Shown here: positions 8,947 through 17,455 of the stretch, in pieces | How the letters are laid out: each line of letters starts with the position of its first letter | How positions within the stretch are numbered: position 1 is the first letter of the stretch | Origin: an uncultured Candidatus Saccharibacteria bacterium | GTDB lineage: Bacteria > Patescibacteriota > JABMPQ01 > JAQVVF01 | NCBI GenBank assembly: GCA_964574655.1 | Contig: CAZNOH010000001.1 | Span: forward strand, 201,852 to 265,851 | Length of the DNA: 64,000 bases | Direction: 5' to 3' | Notes under the pieces: model-generated | What the model was told of the DNA's origin: nothing | The model's database searches: none | The model's input: only the letters and a program-made list of their open reading frames with translations | Position numbers and translations under genes: made by a program

Positions 8947-9160
8947 GCTGGCTCAAAATTTGGGCCAGTTTTTGTTTGAATCGCGAATATACACAAATGC
9001 GAATATAAGTTTTAATAAATATTATGTTAAATATCAGTCGACAATTTAATTTTTATATGTGGTATTACCATTTCATTTTTATGAGTCGGCTTTTGCGTTT
9101 ATAAGATAATTATTATTTTAAATATATTGTGCAAAGACCGGCTCTAAAGGCCGGTTTTTG
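8947..9160 (+). repeat. Cluster of three more hairpin + T-run units
   Basis: The units are ctggctc..gggccag+T5 (8948-8974), gtcgac..gtcggc+T4 (9036-9094, a paralog of the 8867-8912 hairpin with a G-U-compatible change), and accggc..gccggt+T5 (9133-9158). Confidence 0.45.
8980..9008. repeat. CGCGAAT / CACAAAT / GCGAAT phased units (same family as the r-protein-operon spacer arrays)
   Basis: tcgcgaatatacacaaatgcgaatat. Confidence 0.4.
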
Positions 9161-9180
9161 ATTGTTCTTTACAACAAGAG

Positions 9181-9250
9181 GATCCACCTACGCTTGCGAG
9201 CTTTGGTGGATAAGTCCGCCTTCGTCCTGTGGGACTTTGGCGGACAAGGG
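9181..9250 (+). repeat. GGCGGACAAG hairpin/leader element, copy A
   Basis: ccacc..ggtgg and gtccgcc..ggcggac stems, followed by a purine-rich SD and an ATG. Homologous copies occur at 12211-12262, 12396-12447 and 17885-17950. Confidence 0.5.
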
Positions 9251-9260
9251 AGAAAAGGAA

Positions 9261-10979
9261 ATGCAAGGGATAACAGGACAACAGCATAGCTCTAATGAAC
9301 AAGAAAATTTTGGAAGAAGCTTGGAAAGAGAATATTTGGAACAAGGTTTGTATTGGGGTAGGATTGGTAGTAAGCCAAAAGATTATACTGCGCGGATTGG
9401 AATGGAAACTTATCCATTGAGTGGAAGCGAGGTTGAAACTTTGAGAAGACTGGGAATTTTAATTCCTAGATTTTTAGAAGGATGTGTTGATTTAGCGAGA
9501 AGATCTGTGTCTGGTGAATATCCATGGCTCTGGCAGGATTTGTGTTTTGGGAGATCGGATTTGCAAATTGCTATTTGGAAAAGAGAGCTTGAAAGAAAAG
9601 ATATCGTGTTGGCAAAGAGAGTAAGAATCGATGCGATTCGCACTGACAAAGGCTTGAGAATTAATGAGTTTACTTTAGGAGCGACTGGATCTGGATATAG
9701 CGGCTTAATTGATCTGATTTCTCGTAAGTTTTTTACGGGAAAGAATTTTTTTGAACCAATTGCCAAAAAATATGTTGAGGCAATACATGATCTGTTGCCA
9801 AACGGTGGTTTTGTTGGTATTCTTTTGACTCCATGGCGAGAATTATATGGGCCGGAGCAGTTTGCTTTGACTGGCTTGCTAAATGAATTTGGGAAAATCT
9901 TTGGTCTAAAATTTGCATTTGCATTTACTTATGAGGCTGAAGCAAGAGAAGGTGGCGTGTATTTGAGAGGCGAAAAATTGGATTTGATTGAAAGAGTTTT
10001 TAAAGAGTATACAGAAATTGATAAATTGATCTTGAATAGACTGGTAGGGCTTGCTGCAAAAATTGAGAAGCAGATTATTGATGCATATTTTGAAGGAAAG
10101 GTATTGTTGCATCCAAATCTTTTGACTTTTCTTGATTATAAAGAGTTGATGGCTTGGTTGTTTGACGAAGAGTTAGAATCAGAATGGAGAAAATATTTGA
10201 CAGACGACATGTTTGAGGAACTGAAAAATATTTTTGCTTACACAATTATTTTTAGGCCAGGTAGTTTTGTTTGGAAAGGCAAGAAATATGAAGAATCAGC
10301 CATGAGAGATTTAGAAAGCCAAATAGTGAAAAACATGGAATTTGAATTTGAAGGTAAAAGATTGATGCTGTTTTGTAATAATGGAGTGCAAACAAATGTT
10401 TGGACTGGTGAAAGTCTTATCGATGGTTTGGGAAATCTTGATGTGATAATTGATTGGCTAAATAAGATTGAATGTGGGAGCTATACTTGTCCAAAACAAA
10501 TAGCAGATCAAATTACTTTTTTTGCTAAGTCAGACCGTTTAATTATGATTGAAAAAGAAAGTGGGAGATGGAAGTTGAAGATCGTACAAGTTAAGAATGT
10601 TTTGTACTCTGATATTGTTTTGAAATTGTCTGGTGGAGATAACCAAGCAGCAGGTGGACACGGGATTGCTATTAGTAGATTGATGCCAAGAAAAATATGG
10701 AGTCGACATGTTAGTAATTTTTTGAAGCTAGCTCAAGTAAGAACTGTTGTTGCTCAAGAATATTGTGAGATGGCAGTTGATGAGATGATGGTCTTTGATC
10801 CAGTGACCAAAAAAGTGAGTAAAGAAAATGTAAGAACAAGAATTTGTGTTTGGTACTGGCTTGATAATGATGCGAGCAATTCTAGTTTTGGAGGAAATAC
10901 GGTAACTTGCATTCCAATCTCTGACGGCTATATTGTGCATGGCCGGTCTAATTCGGCGATGACGGCTTGTTCTTTTTAA
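9261..10979 (+). CDS. Hypothetical 572-aa protein (possible ATP-dependent ligase-like enzyme; not recognisable from sequence alone)
   Basis: Long ORF with an SD (aagggagaaaaggaa) 6 nt upstream. I chose 9261 over the ORF-track start at 9162, which lies inside the repeat element. GC is higher than in its neighbours. Confidence 0.5.
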   Translation: MQGITGQQHSSNEQENFGRSLEREYLEQGLYWGRIGSKPKDYTARIGMETYPLSGSEVETLRRLGILIPRFLEGCVDLARRSVSGEYPWLWQDLCFGRSDLQIAIWKRELERKDIVLAKRVRIDAIRTDKGLRINEFTLGATGSGYSGLIDLISRKFFTGKNFFEPIAKKYVEAIHDLLPNGGFVGILLTPWRELYGPEQFALTGLLNEFGKIFGLKFAFAFTYEAEAREGGVYLRGEKLDLIERVFKEYTEIDKLILNRLVGLAAKIEKQIIDAYFEGKVLLHPNLLTFLDYKELMAWLFDEELESEWRKYLTDDMFEELKNIFAYTIIFRPGSFVWKGKKYEESAMRDLESQIVKNMEFEFEGKRLMLFCNNGVQTNVWTGESLIDGLGNLDVIIDWLNKIECGSYTCPKQIADQITFFAKSDRLIMIEKESGRWKLKIVQVKNVLYSDIVLKLSGGDNQAAGGHGIAISRLMPRKIWSRHVSNFLKLAQVRTVVAQEYCEMAVDEMMVFDPVTKKVSKENVRTRICVWYWLDNDASNSSFGGNTVTCIPISDGYIVHGRSNSAMTACSF

Positions 10980-10999
10980 GGATTGTTCTTTTATGGATT

Positions 11000-11033
11000 G
11001 GTTAACAAATGTAAAATTTTGTTAACCTTTTTT
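11000..11033 (+). terminator. Intrinsic terminator
   Basis: ggttaacaaa..ttgttaacc stem followed by a T6 run. Confidence 0.55.
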
Positions 11034-11130
11034 GAAAATTACTAAATTTAAGATATACTAAATTGTTAAATTGTTCAATTGTTAATTCGAAAAAATATTG
11101 TATGGTAAAAAATGATGTTAATTAAATTTT

Positions 11131-12210
11131 ATGACAAAACAAGAAAAAGAAGCATTGAAAACTTTTTTAAGTTTAATAAAAATTGATAGTGAAACAGGCA
11201 ATGAAAAATTGGTTGCTGATTTTATTATTAATTATTTAAGAAAAATTAATGTTAATGCAATCAAAGATAAATTTGGAAATGTTATTGCAAAGATAAAAGG
11301 AAAAGGTGAACCAATTATTTTGTGTGCTCATATGGATACGGTAGCGCCTGGAAAAAATATAAAGCCAATAGTTAAGAATGGCGTGATTAGGAGCGATGGC
11401 AAGACAATTTTGGGAGCTGATGACAAGGCTGGTATTGCTGGTATTCTTTTTGCAGTTAAAAATTCAAGAAATAAAAAAAATAATAAACCTTTAGAATTGA
11501 TTTTTACAGTTGAAGAAGAAATTGGCTGTGTTGGCGCAAGAAATTTGGTTTTTAATACTATTAAGTCTAAGAAGGCAATAATTGTTGACAGTTCATCACG
11601 TTGTGGTTTTATTACAATTGGCGCTCCTTTTATTCAAAGTTTTTCAGGTGAAATCATTGGTAAAATGGCGCACTCGCGCGCACCAGAGGAAGGAATAAAT
11701 GCAATTAATTGTTTTGCGGAATTTGTAAAAATGTTTAGACCAGGAAGAATCAGTAAATATTGTGTTTCAAATATTGGCTTTGTTTCTGGTGGAAGAGGCG
11801 GTAACGTGATTTGCGATCAAATAAATTTTGTCGGCGAGATTAGAGCAATAGATAATGATGTTTTCAGAAAACGAGTTATTATTCTTAAAAAAATATTAAA
11901 AAATGCTTGCAGAAAATTTGGTGCAAAGTATAAACTAAAAATGGAGGAAAGCGTTGTTGGTTATGATCATAAGAAGAATAGCGCTTTGGTTAAAATGATT
12001 TGTAATGGGATAAAAAAAACTGGTTTAAAAGTATCATACGAAAAAAGAATGGGAGCAACTGATGCTAATGTATTTTGTGAAAAAGGAATAGAGGCTTTGA
12101 GTATTGGTTATGGTCGAGAAAAATGTCATAGTGTGAAAGAAAATATCAGGGTTTCGGATCTGGTAAAAATAGCGGGAATTCTTGAAAATCTGATACGCCT
12201 ATGTCCATAG
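11131..12210 (+). CDS. M20-family metallopeptidase (ArgE/DapE/PepT-like)
   Basis: CAHMDTV and GADDKAGIAG metal-ligand motifs. Confidence 0.7.
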   Translation: MTKQEKEALKTFLSLIKIDSETGNEKLVADFIINYLRKINVNAIKDKFGNVIAKIKGKGEPIILCAHMDTVAPGKNIKPIVKNGVIRSDGKTILGADDKAGIAGILFAVKNSRNKKNNKPLELIFTVEEEIGCVGARNLVFNTIKSKKAIIVDSSSRCGFITIGAPFIQSFSGEIIGKMAHSRAPEEGINAINCFAEFVKMFRPGRISKYCVSNIGFVSGGRGGNVICDQINFVGEIRAIDNDVFRKRVIILKKILKNACRKFGAKYKLKMEESVVGYDHKKNSALVKMICNGIKKTGLKVSYEKRMGATDANVFCEKGIEALSIGYGREKCHSVKENIRVSDLVKIAGILENLIRLCP

Positions 12211-12262
12211 GACTTTCACCTTCGCTTCTGCTTCGGTGGACAAGTTGGCGGACAAGGAAAAT
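12211..12262 (+). repeat. GGCGGACAAG element, copy B, immediately after the TAG stop
   Basis: ggactttcaccttcgcttctgcttcggtggacaagttggcggacaagg. Confidence 0.5.
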
Positions 12263-12281
12263 TAAGATAGTGTCATAAAAA

Positions 12282-12373
12282 AGAATCCATATAATGTGGA
12301 TTCTTTTCTTGACAAAATATTTAATTAAGATATACTAGCGGATATGTTCTTTGACATCTAATGTCATTTTTTT
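12282..12373 (+). promoter_or_regulatory. Reused terminator-promoter module (TTGACA-17-TATACT) followed by a short tgacat-cta-atgtca + T7 terminator/attenuator
   Basis: Shares a 30-bp identity with 8796-8826. Confidence 0.45.
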
Positions 12374-12395
12374 ATTCTCAAAATGGCGCCCTAGA

Positions 12396-12447
12396 ATAGG
12401 GCAAAAGTCCGCCAAAGGATATTGGCGGTATTCGGAGGGAAAGGGAA
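12396..12447 (+). repeat. GGCGGACAAG-family leader, copy C: gtccgcc..ggcgg hairpin plus SD (ggagggaaaggga)
   Basis: Same architecture as copy A, immediately upstream of an ATG. Confidence 0.45.
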
Positions 12448-13374
12448 ATGGAGTTTGGAACGTTCGTAGATCTGGTGCGGATGGCTGGCGGTTGCAGAGA
12501 TGTTGAAGGGAATGAAATGCATGGAATGCAAGTGATCGAGCGGGTGGCAAAGGAAAATGATTTGAACCTAGAGAGAGTTATTCAGTTTTTTCAGGAGTAT
12601 GGACTGAGATGCGATTGTCAGGTTCCTTGTCTAGTAATTTCGAATGGCATGCTTCGAATGGCTTGGTTAACGATGACGATGGGCAGAAGTATTGAGATTG
12701 GTTTGCCTAGTGGTTTGGGACAAGAAAGGACACCCACAAGACGTTTTGATGCGTCTTCGTGTGAAGAGGGGGCGTGAGATGCAGGTTGGAACTTTCTATC
12801 AAGAGCTGAATGCTCGTCGTGGCGGATGTTGCAAAGATGGAAAACACAGTTTGCAAAGAACTGAAGAAGTGATTGCAGAATATAATGCAACGCAGAAACG
12901 TGGATCTGGCAGAATCTATTTTGGAAGGGTGATGGTTTTCTTCAGAGCCTTGAGAATTGAATGCGATTGTCAAGTTCTGGCGAGATTCAATCCTTTTCAA
13001 GATCTTATGTGCGTTCAGAATTGGAATTTGGCGATTTTGCCAAGCAGTAGCAGTCCTGTTGGATCAGAAGGCAAAGGTTTTTTTTATCTATTGCAAAGCA
13101 GAAGGGCAAAATTCGGTGAACTGAAAATTGAACCTGTTTTGACTCTAGAGAGAGGTGACTATTGAGACAAGGCCAAATGGTAGATCGAATACTTTCGGCA
13201 TTGGTCTTTAGCCTATTTAGCAATCAGTTGCCAGTTGATTTCGTTTTCATGATGAATCAGGCAAGACGAAAAGAAGGTGTTCCTCTCGAACGATGCGAGA
13301 AAGCTGTTTCGACAGTTCGGATTCAGAGGAATCCAAGAGATAAAAGATTTCATTTTTTGAAACTTCGCGGTTAG
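12448..13374 (+). pseudogene. Frame-disrupted GC-richer gene remnant encoding repeated (L/I)xCDCQV motifs
   Basis: ORFs in frames 1, 2, 1 (12448-12777, 12692-13165, 13162-13374) overlap end to end. There is an internal DNA duplication (gatgcgattgtcaggttcc at 12605 and gaatgcgattgtcaagttct at 12960). A strong SD precedes the first ATG. Confidence 0.3.
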
Positions 13375-13416
13375 TTTGTTCTTTTTCATAAAGCTACATT
13401 AATGTGGCTTTTTTTA

Positions 13417-13444
13417 TTGACAAAATAGAAAAATGTTATAATAT
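13417..13444 (+). promoter_or_regulatory. Promoter TTGACA..TATAAT, preceded by a hairpin + T-run
   Basis: Third copy of the terminator-promoter module architecture. Confidence 0.4.
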
Positions 13445-13534
13445 ATATTGATGTTTGGACGATAATCATTCTTAGAGGAAAGATCTTTAGAAAATTATTT
13501 CGTGATAGTAGGAACCCAAAAAAGGAGGGAGAGA

Positions 13535-14191
13535 ATGTCAGAGAACAAGACTCGATTTTCTAGTATCGTGTTATTTGTTTTGATAAGCGTTTTGTTATCT
13601 TGCGAACAAGATCAGAGTCAAAACCAAAGTATTTCTTTGTCGGAAGATCAGTTTGGAAGCGTGTCAGGTGCAGTATATATTAAGTTCCCGGGAGGAGGAG
13701 TCATTCCTTATTTAGCTATAAAAGAAGGTCGAGAAATACGATGTTTATTTACTGAAGAAGGGAGGTTTCTATATGAATGTACTGGACAATACAATGATTT
13801 TGATACGGAATTGAGAATACAGTATAGCTATAAGGGTAACAATAGCGATCTTATGGATGCTTGTAGATCTAATCCTCTATGTCAATACGAGGGAGTTGAT
13901 GCGGTAGATTTTGACGGGACATATTCTTTTTCCAATTTGTTAATTGGCAAATACGAAGTTAAGGTAGGCGCTCTTCATATTGAGAAAGAAAGTAAATTTG
14001 TCAATTCTGAATGTTTTGCTATTAAGGACAATGGTGACAAATTGTCTGTAGAAGGTGTTAATTTGAATTTCTCTGTGTGGGGTAGCAGTTTTTATCAAAC
14101 AGTTGGTAGTGAGACAATTGCTGATATCACAGTTCTGGCAAAGTATTGGGCTACTCGGTATCCGACATTGAGATGCGAAGTAATTGAATAG
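13535..14191 (+). CDS. Secreted / lipoprotein-like Cys-containing hypothetical protein
   Basis: The SD aaaaaggaggga precedes the ATG at 13535. The signal peptide carries an LLSC lipobox-like motif, and the mature part has 8 Cys. Confidence 0.5.
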   Translation: MSENKTRFSSIVLFVLISVLLSCEQDQSQNQSISLSEDQFGSVSGAVYIKFPGGGVIPYLAIKEGREIRCLFTEEGRFLYECTGQYNDFDTELRIQYSYKGNNSDLMDACRSNPLCQYEGVDAVDFDGTYSFSNLLIGKYEVKVGALHIEKESKFVNSECFAIKDNGDKLSVEGVNLNFSVWGSSFYQTVGSETIADITVLAKYWATRYPTLRCEVIE

Positions 14192-14299
14192 AAAATTTCT
14201 TTGCTTGGATCTATAATAATTTTTGTTTTTTTGTGTAAGAAGTTATGTATTAGCTTCTTTTTTTTGTTGATTGTGAGGTTGTTAAAGCGTATAATAATA

Positions 14300-14455
14300 T
14301 TTGTGTCGGGGACTAGTATACCGGCAGGCAGGTATGCCCAATGGGGTGGGTAGTGAAGTTTTAGAATTTTTATTCTAATATCGGGGAATAGTATATCGGT
14401 AGTACGCATGTACGGGGTACATGTAGGGGGAGTCCAATTCTCCCTTCCCCGAAAG
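14300..14455. repeat. GC-rich tandemly duplicated structured element (ncRNA candidate)
   Basis: Two diverged copies of about 75 nt (tcggggactagtataccggcaggcagg... and tcggggaatagtatatcggtagtacgc...). Contains the perfect hairpins catgtac-ggg-gtacatg and ggggag..ctccc(t)tcccc. Not coding. Confidence 0.3.
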
Positions 14456-14473
14456 TTATAAATGTAATTAAAC

Positions 14474-14502
14474 TTGACATTTTTTTTGATTTTTGTTATG
14501 AT
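14474..14502 (+). promoter_or_regulatory. Promoter TTGACA-17-TATGAT
   Basis: Consensus hexamers about 75 bp upstream of the ATP-grasp gene. Confidence 0.45.
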
Positions 14503-14578
14503 ATCCTAACAATCAAATAATCAATTTTTTCTAAAAAGACAGTCTTGTACAGAGTGTCTTTTTATATAGATTTACATT

Positions 14579-15577
14579 ATGAAAAAGATACCATATTCAA
14601 AATTTAATTGCACAGGAGCATTGTTGTCGGCGGCCAAAAAAAAGGGCGTTAGTGTTGAGTTGGTTGATGAAGTTAGAGGCTTGAGGATTTTTAGTAAAAA
14701 AGGTAAAAATGTCTATGTAAAATGGCATGTGCCTGATTTGAATAGTCATATTTCTTGCAATATATCTGGCAACAAAGCTTTGGCAAAATTAATTTATAAT
14801 AAAAACAAAATTCCGAATCCAAAAGGTTGGATTTTAAAAAACATGCGCAAGACTTTGCAGATGATTGATCAAGGAATTATCAAATTTCCAGTTGTAGTCA
14901 AGCCAATAGATGGCAGTCAAGGTCATGCAGTAACTGTTGAAATAAAAGATAAGGAATGTTTAATTGGTGCAATTAAAGAAGTTTATAAATACAATCGTCG
15001 TAAAAAAGGTAGGAAAAATTCTTTTTTGATAGAAGAATATCTTTCGGGCTGTGATTATCGTCTTTTGGTGATGGACGGAAAGGTGCTGACATCATTACGC
15101 CGTGAGCCGGCTTATGTTGATTGTGATGGTAAGCAGACAATTAGAGAGTTGATTAGTGAGTATAATAATCAGCCAGGAGTAGGGAAGGATCAGCCATTAT
15201 GTCCAATTGTGAAGGATTTTGAATTTAGAAGGAATTTGAGAGAAAAAAGTATAACTGAAGAAAGCATTATTTTAAAAGGTAAAAAAGTTTATTTGAGACA
15301 GAATGCTAATGTCAGTACAGGAGGCAGATCTTTTGAATGTGATGATGAAGTCAATCCTGAATATAAAAAACTGGCAGTGAAAATTGCTGATATTTTTCAA
15401 TTGAGATTTTGCGCAGTTGATTTAATTGCAGTTGATATTAAAAAGTTTGAAAAATTTGGCATAATTGAAACAAATTATATGCCGGGTTTTGATATTCATG
15501 AGGTGCCGTATCAAGGCAAGCCATTTCGTGTGGCTGAGTCTTTGATGGATGCGATGTTTGATTCGTCTTTGTCTTGA
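14579..15577 (+). CDS. ATP-grasp ligase (RimK / cyanophycin-synthetase-N-domain-like)
   Basis: PVVVKPIDGSQGHAV, EEYLSGCDYRLLV and NANVSTGG are ATP-grasp motifs. Confidence 0.6.
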   Translation: MKKIPYSKFNCTGALLSAAKKKGVSVELVDEVRGLRIFSKKGKNVYVKWHVPDLNSHISCNISGNKALAKLIYNKNKIPNPKGWILKNMRKTLQMIDQGIIKFPVVVKPIDGSQGHAVTVEIKDKECLIGAIKEVYKYNRRKKGRKNSFLIEEYLSGCDYRLLVMDGKVLTSLRREPAYVDCDGKQTIRELISEYNNQPGVGKDQPLCPIVKDFEFRRNLREKSITEESIILKGKKVYLRQNANVSTGGRSFECDDEVNPEYKKLAVKIADIFQLRFCAVDLIAVDIKKFEKFGIIETNYMPGFDIHEVPYQGKPFRVAESLMDAMFDSSLS

Positions 15578-15599
15578 GTTAAGTAGCTTTCCGATTCTA

Positions 15600-15628
15600 T
15601 TGACAAACCCTAAAATATTTGCTATACT
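15600..15628 (+). promoter_or_regulatory. Promoter TTGACA-17-TATACT
   Basis: Consensus hexamers upstream of the helicase gene. Confidence 0.5.
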
Positions 15629-15679
15629 TAAAATAATTAGAAATCAGGGTGTTTTCACCCATAGATTCGAGCCTCGCTC

Positions 15680-17041
15680 ATGCATTTTATTAAATATGTG
15701 ACGTTGCAGGAATCGGATCACATATTTATGTTAAATGAAGCAAAGCTTTCAAAGAAAGCGACATTTTTAAATCTTGGATTAGTCCCGGATCTTTTAAGTG
15801 CGTTAGAAAAACAACAATTTACAATTCCTACTCCAATTCAGGAGAAGGCTATTCCAGTTGCTATTTCCGAAAAAGATATTATTGGTATCGCTCAAACAGG
15901 TACTGGCAAGACATTGGCTTTTGGTTTGCCAATGATGCAAAGAATTGCTAAAACAAATGGACAAGGTTTGATTCTTTTGCCAACTAGAGAATTGGCAATG
16001 CAAGTTGAAGAATCATTATTAAAAATTGCTAGAACTCTTGGTCTTAAAACTGCAATATTAGTTGGTGGCGCATCAATGAGTATGCAAAGACAAAGAATTT
16101 ATAGCCATCCACATATTATTATTGGTACGCCTGGCCGTATTATTGATCATCTGCAAAGACGCAATTTGAATTTGAGCAAAGTTAATACTTTGGTTTTAGA
16201 TGAAGCTGATAGAATGTTGGACATGGGTTTTGCACCTCAAATCAAAGAAGTATTAGAAACTGTACCAACAAATAGACAAACAATGTTATTTTCTGCAACA
16301 ATGCCTGGAAGAATAGTTGCAATTGCTGCAAAGTACATGAAAAGCCCGATTAGAATTGAAGTAGCTCAATCTGGTACTGCAGCTGAAAAAGTAGAACAAG
16401 AAATGTTTGTTGTTAATCCACATCAAAAAAGATTGTTAGTATCAAAATTGTTAAAACAATACAAAGGAACTGTATTAATTTTTACTAGAACTAAATTTGG
16501 TGCAAGTAAATTATGCAGATTTTTAATTACTTCTGGATTCAGCGCTTCTGAAATTCATTCAAATAAAAGCTTTGCGCAAAGACAGGTTGCTTTGAATTTA
16601 TTCAAACAAGGAAGATCAAGAATATTGGTTGCAACTGATGTTGCATCACGCGGTATTGATGTTTCTGATATTGAATTAGTTATTAACTATGATTTGCCTG
16701 ATGATCCAGAAGATTATGTACATAGAATTGGTAGAACTGGCAGAGCTGGAAAGGGCGGAAAGGCAATTTCATTTGCTTTGCCAACCCAAAAACATAAAGT
16801 TGTGCAAGTAGAAAGACTAATTAGAAATAATATTACTATTTCTAAAACTCCAGAATTAGAACAGTCAATTCAACAAGCGACAAATTCTTTTCGTCCAACA
16901 CAAATTAAGACTCCCATTCAAGGAAGAGGCAGATCTAGTTTTCAAGGACAAGGACGCGGACAAAAGCAAGCTAGCGGACAAGGCAATAGACGTTTTCCAA
17001 AAAGAAATGGCGGACAATTTAATTATGGAACTGGTTGGTAA
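15680..17041 (+). CDS. DEAD-box ATP-dependent RNA helicase with a C-terminal RGG/GQG-rich tail
   Basis: Q-motif, AQTGTGKT, DEAD, SAT and HRIGRTGR motifs. An alternative start is at 15728 (MLNEAK). Confidence 0.85.
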   Translation: MHFIKYVTLQESDHIFMLNEAKLSKKATFLNLGLVPDLLSALEKQQFTIPTPIQEKAIPVAISEKDIIGIAQTGTGKTLAFGLPMMQRIAKTNGQGLILLPTRELAMQVEESLLKIARTLGLKTAILVGGASMSMQRQRIYSHPHIIIGTPGRIIDHLQRRNLNLSKVNTLVLDEADRMLDMGFAPQIKEVLETVPTNRQTMLFSATMPGRIVAIAAKYMKSPIRIEVAQSGTAAEKVEQEMFVVNPHQKRLLVSKLLKQYKGTVLIFTRTKFGASKLCRFLITSGFSASEIHSNKSFAQRQVALNLFKQGRSRILVATDVASRGIDVSDIELVINYDLPDDPEDYVHRIGRTGRAGKGGKAISFALPTQKHKVVQVERLIRNNITISKTPELEQSIQQATNSFRPTQIKTPIQGRGRSSFQGQGRGQKQASGQGNRRFPKRNGGQFNYGTGW

Positions 17042-17045
17042 TTTA

Positions 17046-17095
17046 GCAAGCGCTGATTTTACGCTGATTCTGAACGCTGATAAACGCTGATGATT
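17046..17095. repeat. Post-stop ACGCTGAT array (4 units)
   Basis: caaGCGCTGATtttACGCTGATtctgaACGCTGATaaACGCTGATgat. Starts 5 nt after the TAA stop. Unit spacings are 11, 13 and 10 bp. Confidence 0.7.
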
Positions 17096-17165
17096 TTAAT
17101 ATTTATTTATTTTGTGATAAAATATATCTAGATTAATTTAGGTATATTTTTTTAACATAAATATT

Positions 17166-17354
17166 ATGCCAAAAAGAAAAGGCGTATTTAGAACAAAAAT
17201 GGAACGAAAGGGCAAAAAATTGTATGCCAAGCGGGAAAGAACTGGAGAATTCAAAGACATCCAGAATATTTCCAAATGTGTGAAGGGCGAAATAAAACAG
17301 CACTCGAAGAAAAAAGTTAAGCCTGGCTATGGTTTTCGCGGTGAGACAAAATAA
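17166..17354 (+). CDS. Small, very basic hypothetical protein (62 aa)
   Basis: Lys/Arg-rich ORF in an AT-rich context. No recognisable family. Confidence 0.3.
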   Translation: MPKRKGVFRTKMERKGKKLYAKRERTGEFKDIQNISKCVKGEIKQHSKKKVKPGYGFRGETK

Positions 17355-17455
17355 ATTTTATTATTTTTTTAGATATTAGATATTCTAAAAATATAGTCTT
17401 GTTATTTGTTAAAAATCTAATAAAATATAATTATTGCTTATAACATAAAAAATAT

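Noticed and set aside
9162-9260. ORF-track start at 9162 for the 605-aa protein
   Set aside because: The first 33 codons run through the GGCGGACAAG repeat element and have no SD. The ATG at 9261 has a good SD, so 9261 was chosen.
12692-13223. Individual ORFs 12618-12890 (-), 12707-13000 (-), 13005-13223 (-), 12335-12550 (-)
   Set aside because: They are mutually overlapping on both strands in a GC-richer segment. They are treated collectively as a degraded or frame-shifted locus rather than as separate genes.
14095-14409. Minus-strand ORF 14095-14409
   Set aside because: It overlaps the 3' end of the plus-strand secreted-protein gene and runs through the GC-rich tandem repeat. It has no SD and odd composition (poly-Lys from an A-run). 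It is more likely non-coding.
14300-14455. tRNA/tmRNA at the GC-rich patches (14300-14455, 25790-26040, 49700-49740)
   Set aside because: No T-loop (GTTCRANYC) or cloverleaf arrangement was found. The 25790-26040 patch is better explained by a small minus-strand gene with a strong SD. No tRNA or rRNA could be supported anywhere in the window.
17046-17095. CRISPR array interpretation of the ACGCTGAT arrays
   Set aside because: Units are 8 bp with 2-5 bp spacers, far below CRISPR repeat and spacer sizes, and no cas genes are present.
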